The notes under the pieces were generated by a model. The model was not told the DNA's origin and did no database searches. It saw only the letters and a list, made by a program, of their open reading frames with translations. A program made the translations under genes and the position numbers. A stretch of DNA of 64,000 nucleotides, taken from positions 396-64,395 of the forward strand of contig CAVSGI010000001.1 in the NCBI GenBank assembly GCA_963727445.1, read 5' to 3'. This stretch comes from an uncultured delta proteobacterium. GTDB taxonomy: Bacteria > Myxococcota_A > Polyangia > Polyangiales > B10-G4. Below are positions 1 to 8,142 of the stretch, one piece after another (the stretch's first letter is position 1; each line of letters begins with the position of its first letter).

Positions 1-874
1 TACTTGAGCGCGCCGGCCACCGCCGCGCCCGCACGACCCGCCGACGTAGAGGCCCTCGTGCCGCACCAGATCGCGCGTCGTCAGGAAGCACTCCCTGTCG
101 TCGACGCGCACGATCTCGTCGAGGATGCTCGAGGTCGATGGTCGTCGGGAAGAAGTCCTCGCCGATGCCCTCGACCTTGTAGGTGAAGGGCTTGGTGACC
201 CGGCCGGTCTTGACGAAGTCGTAGTAGAGCGAGCCGACCGGGTCGACGCCGACGAGCTGCACCTCGGGCTTCTTCTCCTTGAGGTAGCGGCCGGTGCCGG
301 TGATGGTGCCGCCGGTGCCGAGGCCCGCGACGAAGACGTCGATCTCGCCGCCGGTCTGCTCCCAGAGCTCGGGGCCGGTGGACGCGGTAGTGCCCGCCGG
401 GGTTGTCGAGGTTGTGATACTGGCGGGTGTAGAACGAGTTGGGCGTCTCGTTCGCGAGCCGCTCGGCCACCGAGTAGTAGCTGCGCGGGTCGTCGGGCTC
501 GACGGCCGTCGGGCAGACCACGACCCGCGCGCCGTAGGCGCGCAGGCGCCGCGATCTTCTCCTGCGCTCATCTTGTCGGGCATCACGAAGATGCACTTGT
601 AGCCACGCACCGCCGCGATCATGGCGAGCGCCGGCGCCGGTGTTGCCGCTCGTCGCCTCGATGATCGTGCCGCCGGGCTTGCAGGTCGCCGCGCTCCTCG
701 GCCTGGTCGATCATGTTGCAGCGCCATGCGGTCCTTCATGGAGCCGGCCGGGATTCAGGTACTCGCACTTGACGTAGATGTCGGCGTCGACGTCGCAGCG
801 CGACGCTGTTGAGCTTGACGAGCGGCGTGTGACCCACTGCCGTCGAGGATGTTCTCGACCGCGCCCTTCATCAT
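1..874 (-). pseudogene. Cysteine synthase / cystathionine beta-synthase family (PLP fold type II) gene. The 3' end runs off the window and the frame is broken about ten times.
   Basis: Minus-strand start ATGATG at 874-869. Joining the three minus frames gives ..HTPLVKLNSV..DADIYVKCEYLNPGGSMKDRMALNMIDQAEERGDLKPGGTIIEATSGNTGAGLAMIAAVRGYKCIFVMPDKMSAEKIAALRAYGARVVVCPTAVEPDDPRSYYSVAERLANETPNSFYTRQYHNLDNPGGHYRSTGPELWEQTGGEIDVFVAGLGTGGTITGTGRYLKEKKPEVQLVGVDPVGS... Only the central block survives as track ORF 81..596. Each break I resolved is one extra base, e.g. aatcccggcCggctccatgaag. Confidence 0.8.
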
Positions 875-929
875 GGCCGCGCACTCTAGCGAGGGCAGCC
901 GGGGAGTCAATCTGCTCCGGTGAGGTGCT

Positions 930-2720
930 CTACAGGCGGGTGCCGCTGAAGGTCCCGCTGACGTCGCCGCTGTCGCCCGAGCCTTCGCCCCAGCCGCCCA
1001 TCCACATCCCGTCGTTCAGGGTGGTGGCCGTGCCGTTGGGCAGCGGATCGCCGGCGGTGGCCGTGCCCTGGAGTGTGAGAACTCCCTCGGCGCCGATCAC
1101 TCCGTCGATGCCGAAGTCGAGGAAGGCGCCCGCCGCGCCGAGCGCGGTGTCGCAGTAGTCGGCGTAGGTCATGGCGTCGAGGACCCCGATGTTGCTCTCG
1201 AGGGTCGTGCCGACGGCCATGCAGTCGACCCAGTCGCGCAGCATCTCCGCGCTCGAGGCATAGCCGATGGCGGGCAAGATGCCGTTCACGTAGATGTAGC
1301 GAACCAGGCGCCCGTAATCGAGGTCGAAGCCGTGCATCGGCAGCACGACGCTGTTGCCCGTGACCATGATCTCGGTCTCCATGCTGCGGGGGCGTCCGGC
1401 GAGGCCGGCGTCGAGCACGTCGAAGCTGAAGTCGTGCTCGGCGCCCGCAAGATCGTGCACCGTCACGTGCATCTCGAGGAGCTCGTGGATGAAGGTCGCG
1501 GCCCCGTCGGTCGGCTGGTCCACCGTGAGGCGCGAGGTGAAGCGGGCGCGGTTGATGGCGGTGGCCAGGTCGCTGGCGATGACGCCCCAGGCGGTGATCG
1601 AGTCGGGGACGTACATGGAGATCTGCGAGTTGACGAGGTTCTGGACCGGGATCCCCGCGTCCTCCCACGCGCCGCAGCCGCCGATGATGTTGCGCTGCGC
1701 CCCTTCCCAGGAGCGGAAGTCCTGGAGGTAGAGGGCGCTGATGTCACCGATGGGGTGGTTGATCTCCGAGCACATGTCGTAGTCCTCGCCGCTCATGCAC
1801 TCCCAGTGGCAGGTCTGGCGCATCACGAAGTCGGTGACGAAAGCGCCCGGGTCCTGCCCGTACTCGCCCGGGGTCATGCCGTCGATGTCGTCGTCGTCGA
1901 AGAGCTCACCGATGACGTCGACGCCCGTCTGGATGCTGGGCGGCAGGGAGTCGCCGAAGTCGAACTGATCGTCGAGCATGTAGACGCCTTCGACCAACAC
2001 GTCGATCTCGACGTCCGCGATGGTGACGTCGACGCGCGTCTCCACCGCGCTCGTCACGTTCAGGTTGTCCGTGCAGCCGAAGCCCGTCACGGCACCGGAC
2101 TGTTTGGCCTGAACCGCCACGGTGTAGCCCGCGCCCGCGGTGACGGGGACGAAGGTGGGGCTCTGGGAGAGGCGCATCACGGGGGTGGCGGCGATGAGCG
2201 CGGTGGGGAGCGAGGCCGGGTCGAGAGCGCTGCAATCCTGTCGGACGAAGAGGTACGCCTCGTAACTGTCGAAGGGCGCCGGCCCAGAGCCGGCATAGCC
2301 GAGGTCGACGCGGATCGACCCGGAGTCCTCGTCGGTGATCGCGACCTGGAAGACGAGGGGATCGCCGAGGGGCGGCGTCACCTGCACGGCGAAGGTCACG
2401 GCCGCGGCGCCGGCGGTCACCGCCACCGTCGTTTCGCCTCCCCCGTCGGTGGTGCTCTGGCGCGCGCCGATCATGGCGTCGCCAGCGAAGCCCTGGATCT
2501 CCCAGTCGAGGACGGCGCCCGTGATCACCGATCCGTCCGCCTGCTCGTAGCGCACCGTGAGGTCCGCGCGCTGCTCGAAGCGCACGACCTGGCTGAGGTC
2601 GCTCACCGCGACGAGCCGCGCGCCGTCGGTGGGCATGGTCGTCGTGGATGGACCGTCACTACAGGACGCGACGAGAGGGAAGATGAGCAAGAGCGTGGTG
2701 AGGGGAGCGAAGCGATCCAT
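930..2720 (-). CDS. Hypothetical lipoprotein (596 aa)
   Basis: Intact ORF. The N-terminus MDRFAPLTTLLLIFPLVASC has a lipobox (LVAS|C). Composition is acidic and protein-like, unlike the Arg/Ala-rich antisense ORF 1332..3866. No family recognised. Confidence 0.7.
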   Translation of the reverse strand: MDRFAPLTTLLLIFPLVASCSDGPSTTTMPTDGARLVAVSDLSQVVRFEQRADLTVRYEQADGSVITGAVLDWEIQGFAGDAMIGARQSTTDGGGETTVAVTAGAAAVTFAVQVTPPLGDPLVFQVAITDEDSGSIRVDLGYAGSGPAPFDSYEAYLFVRQDCSALDPASLPTALIAATPVMRLSQSPTFVPVTAGAGYTVAVQAKQSGAVTGFGCTDNLNVTSAVETRVDVTIADVEIDVLVEGVYMLDDQFDFGDSLPPSIQTGVDVIGELFDDDDIDGMTPGEYGQDPGAFVTDFVMRQTCHWECMSGEDYDMCSEINHPIGDISALYLQDFRSWEGAQRNIIGGCGAWEDAGIPVQNLVNSQISMYVPDSITAWGVIASDLATAINRARFTSRLTVDQPTDGAATFIHELLEMHVTVHDLAGAEHDFSFDVLDAGLAGRPRSMETEIMVTGNSVVLPMHGFDLDYGRLVRYIYVNGILPAIGYASSAEMLRDWVDCMAVGTTLESNIGVLDAMTYADYCDTALGAAGAFLDFGIDGVIGAEGVLTLQGTATAGDPLPNGTATTLNDGMWMGGWGEGSGDSGDVSGTFSGTRL

Positions 2721-2747
2721 GGGCGCAGCATATCGCGCCTCGCAGGC

Positions 2748-3794
2748 TCACGAGCCCACGATCTTGCCGCGCCTGTAGCCCGGCGCCCGCGAAAACGGTG
2801 CGAGGGAGAGGTCGTCGCGCTCCCCACGCGCGAGACGACGCGCGCCGGCGTAGGCGATCATCGCGGCATTGTCGGTGCACGAAGCGAAGGGTGGGACGTA
2901 CACCGACACCCCCACGGCCCGTGCAGCGTCGCGCGCGCGCGATCTCAGGCCCCGATTGGCGGCCACGCCGCCGGTCAGCACCAGCCGCGGCACGCCGGTC
3001 ACCTCGCACGCGCGGAGGGACTTCCGCACCAGGCTCTCCACCACCACGCGCTGAAACGACGCGCAGACGTCGGCGCGCTCGTTCTCGGTCGCCGGCACGC
3101 CGTGCTCCTTCACGTGATGCGCGACCGACGTCTTCAGCCCGGAGAACGAGAAGTCGATGCTCGTCTTCTTCGGCATCGGCAGCGGGAATTCGATCGCGCG
3201 GGGATCGCCCATCTTCGCGAGGCGGTCCACCACCGGGCCGCCGGGATAACCGAGGCCGAGGAGCTTCGCCGCCTTGTCGAAGCATTCGCCCGCGGCGTCG
3301 TCGCGGGTCTGACCGAGAAGGAAGATCTCGTCCTCCGAGCGAACCTCGTAGAGCGCGGTATGACCGCCGCTCGCGAGCAGCGCCACGTAGGGCATCTCGG
3401 GCGGCGGCTCGGCGTCCTCCCCCTCGCGCCGGAGGTAAACGGCCAGCATGTGGCCCTCGAGGTGATTGACGCCGACCAGGGGAAGCTCGCGCGACCAGGC
3501 GATGGACTTCGCCGCCGACAAGCCGATGAGCAGTGCGCCGACGAGGCCCGGCCCGTTGGTCACGGCGATGGCGTCGACGTCGTCCAGGCCGTTCGGCAGC
3601 GCCGCGGTCGCCTGCTCGATCACCGGCACGATGGCGCGGAGGTGCGCGCGGGAGGCGAGCTCGGGCACCACACCGCCGTAGGGCGCGTGCTCGGCGATCT
3701 GGCTCGCGACGACGTCGGAGATCACCTCTCCGTCCTCGCGCACCACCGCGGCCGCGGTCTCGTCGCAGGAGGACTCGATGCCGAGGACGTTCAC
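2748..3794 (-). CDS. tsaD: tRNA N6-adenosine threonylcarbamoyltransferase TsaD (Kae1/Gcp family)
   Basis: MNVLGIESSCDETAAAVV...YGGVVPELASRAHL...GPGLVGALLIGLSAAK...VNHLEGH... is the canonical TsaD N-terminal and metal-binding signature. Length of 348 aa is typical. Confidence 0.97.
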   Translation of the reverse strand: MNVLGIESSCDETAAAVVREDGEVISDVVASQIAEHAPYGGVVPELASRAHLRAIVPVIEQATAALPNGLDDVDAIAVTNGPGLVGALLIGLSAAKSIAWSRELPLVGVNHLEGHMLAVYLRREGEDAEPPPEMPYVALLASGGHTALYEVRSEDEIFLLGQTRDDAAGECFDKAAKLLGLGYPGGPVVDRLAKMGDPRAIEFPLPMPKKTSIDFSFSGLKTSVAHHVKEHGVPATENERADVCASFQRVVVESLVRKSLRACEVTGVPRLVLTGGVAANRGLRSRARDAARAVGVSVYVPPFASCTDNAAMIAYAGARRLARGERDDLSLAPFSRAPGYRRGKIVGS

Positions 3795-3801
3795 CCGGAC
3801 C

Positions 3802-4272
3802 TCACCGCTTCAGATACCAGAACCCGAAGTGTCCGCCGCTCGCCGGATTTCCGTCGCCGACGATGATGCGGGCCTCGAGGGTGTCGTCGTCGATGAGGGA
3901 GATGAAGACCATCGCGTCGCGACCCGCGATGGGGCCGGTGGTCGGCCGGCTCGCGTAGATGTAGTTCTGGACCCGCCCCTGGCCGGGGAAGTCGTACTGG
4001 CTGAGCTGGTCGTGCTTCAGCGGCTCGATCACCTCGAGAGGCGTATCGTCGAAGGCGTCGTAGCCCTCGGTCGTCAGAAAGCCGGGCGCGCTCCCTGGCG
4101 AGGGAGCGAAGTCGCGGATCGTGAGCCCGGTGCCCGGGGGAAACCCGCTGAGCAGGAACTCCGGGCGCGCATCGCCGACCACGGTCCCCTGCCAGGTGCC
4201 GTCGTAGTCGCTCAGATCGCTGCACGCGGAGGCGAGCACGATCAGAGCGAGCAGAGCGACGGGGCGGGCCAC
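3802..4272 (-). CDS. Small hypothetical lipoprotein (156 aa)
   Basis: MARPVALLALIVLASAC lipobox. Ends 8 nt upstream of the tsaD start on the same strand. No family recognised. Confidence 0.6.
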   Translation of the reverse strand: MARPVALLALIVLASACSDLSDYDGTWQGTVVGDARPEFLLSGFPPGTGLTIRDFAPSPGSAPGFLTTEGYDAFDDTPLEVIEPLKHDQLSQYDFPGQGRVQNYIYASRPTTGPIAGRDAMVFISLIDDDTLEARIIVGDGNPASGGHFGFWYLKR

Positions 4273-4297
4273 GGGCCGAGGATAGCGCAGAGAGCGC

Positions 4298-6157
4298 TCA
4301 GGGGCTCCGCCGGCGCCGCCGGCGCCGTGCCCAGAGGGCGATGAGACCGAGCATCAGCACGGCGAATCCGCCGCGGCGCGCCGGGCTGGGCGAGATCGCG
4401 CAGCCGCCCCCGTCGTCACCGCCGCCGCCGCTCAAGGCGGCCGGACGGACGCAGGCGTTGGTGACGCCGTCGCCGGTGCGGATGCACTCGAAGCCGGCCG
4501 AGCAGGCGTGGTCGGGCCCGCAGGTGGTCGTGCACACCGACCCGCCGGGCAGCGCGGCGCAGAGGTTGCTGATGCAGTCCTCGTTTGCCGTGCAGCTCTC
4601 CCCCACCAGCCCCGAATCGGGCGCGCAGATGCTGGCCGAGCCGACGTCCACGCAGCTGAAGCCAGCGCTGCACTCGCCCGTGCAGCTCGCGGTGCACCAG
4701 CTGGTGTCGCCGCGCACGGCGCAGGTGGGCGCTTCGGGGGCGCAGTCGGCGTTGGTGACGCAGCCGGCGCCGAGGCCGCCCCGCGCGCCACGCACGCAGA
4801 CCGATTCCCGGCAGTGGAAGACGTCGCCGCAATCGTCGTCGGAGCTGCAGCTCGCGCTGCAGTAGCTCGTCCCGAGCTCGGTGAAGCAGAGCCCCGAGCG
4901 ACAGTCGGCGTCGGCCTCGCAGGGCTCGCCGGCGCCGCGAAGGCCGGAGACGATCGCGGCGGCGACGCAACCGCCGCACGCGCCGGGAGCCGCCGCGCAG
5001 GCCTCCCCCGAGATGCACATCCCGGCGTCTCCCTCGCACGGCGTGAGGCAGCGCTGCCGCCCGTCCCCCGGATCGGTGCAGAAGAGGCTGGCGCATTCGC
5101 TGTCGGACGTGCAGTCGGCGCCGACGCCGAGGCGCATCCCACCCGGCGGGTCAGCGACGGGGAGGCACCGGCCGTCGCAGCCGCTGGTGTGTGCGCAGTA
5201 GTAGCCGACGGAGCAGCCGAGGCTCGGGGTGAGCGGCGAGCAAGGCTCGGTGCAGACCTGGCCGATGGGCGTGTCGTCGCACATGCCGCCGACGCATTCG
5301 TCACCGCTGCTGCACGCCTCGCCGAGCGCCAGGCAGCCCTCGTCCACCAGGTCGTCGCAATCGTTGTCGCTGCCGTCGCAGACCTCGTCTTCGTCCGCGG
5401 CGCAGGCGCCGCTCAGCTCCACGCCGTCGCGGATGAACGCCTGCAGGTCGGGGTTATCCCAACCGTTGTAGACGCCCTCCGCGGTGCCGCAGATCGGATT
5501 CCGACTGCCTCCGAGATCGAAGATGAAGGAGGCCACGCCGTACACGCGACCATCCGGGCCGATGAGAGGGCCGCCCGAGTCGCCTTCGCAGACGGTCGGC
5601 TCGACGAAGACCTTGTCGCCCAGCACCCGCTGGACGCGCTTCTGGGTGCTGTACTTGGTGCCAGCGTCGGAGGAAGGTGTCTGGCCGAAGCCGACGCCGG
5701 TGATGGTCTCGCCGATGAGGCCGCGCGGAGAGTCGAAGCTCACCTCCAGAGGCATGGGCGACGCCGGCGTGCTGAGGATCAGCATGCCGAGGTCGGTGTC
5801 GTCGTTCGATTCGATGTCCCAGGCGCCGGGCGCGGCCAGCACGTCGCTGACGCGATACTCGGCCGAGAAGCTCATGATGGAGGAGCCGGTGTAGACCGAG
5901 AACGCGCCTGGCACTTCCGTGGCGTCACCGCTGCCCCGCACGCAGTGCTTGGCGGTGAGCACCGCGCGCGGAGCGATGATGCTCCCGGTGCACAGGGCGC
6001 CTCGCCGTCCGTTGTAGACGAGGACGACGGCCGGGTGATTGTTGCGGTCGAGGGTCCCGTCGACGATCGCCGCCCGACCCTCGGAGACATCCTCGACGGG
6101 GGCCAGGCAGCCCGCCGCCGCGACCGCGACGGCGACCGTGAAGAGCACTGACTTCAT
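4298..6157 (-). CDS. Secreted trypsin-like serine protease (S1 family) with a Cys-rich repeat region and a MYXO-CTERM-like tail
   Basis: Signal peptide MKSVLFTVAVAVAAAGC. IVDG..LTAKHC (catalytic His) and CEGDSGGPL (catalytic Ser). CDGSDNDCDDLVDEGC is a MopE-like motif, followed by many CxxxxC repeats. The C-terminus GGGCAISPS..FAVLMLGLIALWARRRRRRR matches the MYXO-CTERM pattern. Confidence 0.9.
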   Translation of the reverse strand: MKSVLFTVAVAVAAAGCLAPVEDVSEGRAAIVDGTLDRNNHPAVVLVYNGRRGALCTGSIIAPRAVLTAKHCVRGSGDATEVPGAFSVYTGSSIMSFSAEYRVSDVLAAPGAWDIESNDDTDLGMLILSTPASPMPLEVSFDSPRGLIGETITGVGFGQTPSSDAGTKYSTQKRVQRVLGDKVFVEPTVCEGDSGGPLIGPDGRVYGVASFIFDLGGSRNPICGTAEGVYNGWDNPDLQAFIRDGVELSGACAADEDEVCDGSDNDCDDLVDEGCLALGEACSSGDECVGGMCDDTPIGQVCTEPCSPLTPSLGCSVGYYCAHTSGCDGRCLPVADPPGGMRLGVGADCTSDSECASLFCTDPGDGRQRCLTPCEGDAGMCISGEACAAAPGACGGCVAAAIVSGLRGAGEPCEADADCRSGLCFTELGTSYCSASCSSDDDCGDVFHCRESVCVRGARGGLGAGCVTNADCAPEAPTCAVRGDTSWCTASCTGECSAGFSCVDVGSASICAPDSGLVGESCTANEDCISNLCAALPGGSVCTTTCGPDHACSAGFECIRTGDGVTNACVRPAALSGGGGDDGGGCAISPSPARRGGFAVLMLGLIALWARRRRRRRSP

Positions 6158-6163
6158 CTGTTT

Positions 6164-8002
6164 CTATCTCCGTCGCCGCCGGAGGAGCACGACGCCCCCG
6201 CACAACATCGCCAGGGCGAAGAAGGGTGCGGTTGGCGAAGAGCCCACCGGCCGACCAACCGAGCACCCACCACCGTCCTCTCGTCCTGGTGGAGACGGTG
6301 CCACGCAGACCGCTCTCGCGCCATCCGACGTGCGGACGCACTCGAAGGCGCCCGCACAGGCCGTGTCAGGACCGCACAGACGGGTGCAGATCCCCGCGCC
6401 GGTGCACACGCCCGAGATGCAATCCTCGGGTACGGTGCAGGAGTCACCGACGACACCCCTGGCCGGAGCGCAGACGCTCGCGTCCCCGATGTCGACGCAG
6501 TCGAAGCCTTCGAGGCACGGGTCGGCGTCGGAGCAGAAGCTGGTGCACCAGGTGACTCCGTCGCGGGTCGCGCAGAAGGTGTCACCACGGCAATCGCCGT
6601 TCACGATGCACGAGTCGCCCACGCCGCCGCCAGGACCGCGGATGCACATCCCGTCACGACAGTGGAAGCGATCCGCGCTCCCGCAATCGGCGTCTTCGCC
6701 GCAGGCGCGCGTGCAATAGGAGAGGCCGGCCTCCGAGTTGCACATGCCCGACGCGCAGTCTTCCATGGCGCTGCAAGGCTCGCCGAGCCCGCGCGCGCCG
6801 ACCACGATGGCCGCGTCGACGCAGCTGCCGCAGGCGCCCGCCACCGCCGAACAGACCTCGCCCGCGTAGCAGGTTCCCTCGTCACCGCGGCACGGGGTGA
6901 GGCAGCGCTGCCGGCCGTCGCCGGGGTCGGCGCAGAAGAGCGAGATGCACTCGAGGTCGGTCGTGCAGTCGGAGCCGTCCGGCGCACCCATGGGGCGCGG
7001 GTCGGGGAGGGGTACGCAGAGCCCATCGCAGGAGCCGGAGCGTGCACAGTAGAGCCCGGTCGGGCAGCTGAGCTCGGGGCGCAGCGGATTGCAGCTCGCG
7101 CTGCAGAGCCGTCCCTCTGGCGTGTCGGCGCACATGGTGCCGATGCACTCGTCGTCGCCGGTGCAGGGGGAGCCGAGGGGCGAGCAGGTCTCGTCGACCT
7201 CGCCATTGCAGTCGTTGTCGTAGCCGTCGCAACGCTCGGCTCCGTCGTTGAGGCAGGAGCCGGAGTCGCCGATCACCATGTCGATCATGTCGAGGAAGAT
7301 GTCGAGGCGGTTCGCCGCGGCCAGGGAGCCGGCGCCGCAAGCGACTCTCTCGCCGAAGGAGGTGGTGCCGACGATCTCGTTGTTGGCCGCGAGCATGATC
7401 GGCCCCCCGCTGTCGCCCTCGCAGGTCATCGGTGTCGTGTAGAAGATGTCCCCGTCGACGAAGCGGATCCGCCCGCTGGCGCGGAGCTTCGTGCCCACCG
7501 TTCCAGCCGGGGTGGTGCCGTAGCCGATCGCGATGACGTCGTCGCCGATCGAGTCTCGGATGTCGCCGCGATGGACGACGAGCGGCTCGATGCTGGTGAT
7601 CCCCCGCTGCAGGGTGATCAGCGCGATGTCCCGTCCCACCAAGCCGGTGAGGCGTGCGTCGTAAGAGCCAGGGGTCGTGGTGACGTCCACCGCCGAGTAG
7701 GTGGCCGACAAGAGACTGGTCGAGTCGCCCACGCCGATGATGAAGGCGGAGGCCGGATCCGGAGCGGCCGCGTTTTCGCGCTGGACGCAGTGCTTGGCGG
7801 TGAGCACGACGCGCTCGGCGATGAGTGAGCCGGAGCACAATCCCGACGCCGCGGAGTTGTAGACGACCACCACGGCGGCGGTGCTGTCCGGGGAGCCGTC
7901 CACGATGGCCTCGGCGGCACCGCTGGCCTCGTCGAGGGAGGTGGGCGCCATACACCCCACCAGCAGAACGCCCAGGACGAAAACCAAGGAAGAAATCCGC
8001 AC
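6164..8002 (-). CDS. Secreted trypsin-like serine protease (S1), tandem paralog of 4298..6157, with a MYXO-CTERM-like tail
   Basis: LTAKHC, CEGDSGGPI, CDGYDNDCNGEVDETC, Cys-rich repeats and C-terminal GGGCSVGR..FFALAMLCGGVVLLRRRRR. The track ORF runs to 8107. I prefer the GTG at 8002, which has GGAGG 8 nt upstream and gives the signal peptide (M)RISSLVFVLGVLLVGC. Confidence 0.9.
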   Translation of the reverse strand: MRISSLVFVLGVLLVGCMAPTSLDEASGAAEAIVDGSPDSTAAVVVVYNSAASGLCSGSLIAERVVLTAKHCVQRENAAAPDPASAFIIGVGDSTSLLSATYSAVDVTTTPGSYDARLTGLVGRDIALITLQRGITSIEPLVVHRGDIRDSIGDDVIAIGYGTTPAGTVGTKLRASGRIRFVDGDIFYTTPMTCEGDSGGPIMLAANNEIVGTTSFGERVACGAGSLAAANRLDIFLDMIDMVIGDSGSCLNDGAERCDGYDNDCNGEVDETCSPLGSPCTGDDECIGTMCADTPEGRLCSASCNPLRPELSCPTGLYCARSGSCDGLCVPLPDPRPMGAPDGSDCTTDLECISLFCADPGDGRQRCLTPCRGDEGTCYAGEVCSAVAGACGSCVDAAIVVGARGLGEPCSAMEDCASGMCNSEAGLSYCTRACGEDADCGSADRFHCRDGMCIRGPGGGVGDSCIVNGDCRGDTFCATRDGVTWCTSFCSDADPCLEGFDCVDIGDASVCAPARGVVGDSCTVPEDCISGVCTGAGICTRLCGPDTACAGAFECVRTSDGARAVCVAPSPPGREDGGGCSVGRPVGSSPTAPFFALAMLCGGVVLLRRRRR

Positions 8003-8142
8003 TTCTGTCACCTCCACCCCCGAACGAGGCGTCAAACTAGCTGCCGCCCTCCCCCACCGCAACGCGGTGTCCCTCCCACGATGGGAGCGCCGGTCGTCCG
8101 CCAGCATCGGGTGTGGATGCTCACACCAGACGACTTCTGTCG

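Noticed and set aside
1332-3866. 844-aa ORF on the + strand
   Set aside because: It lies opposite tsaD and the 596-aa lipoprotein gene. It is a shadow ORF with Arg/Ala/Gly/Asp-rich junk.
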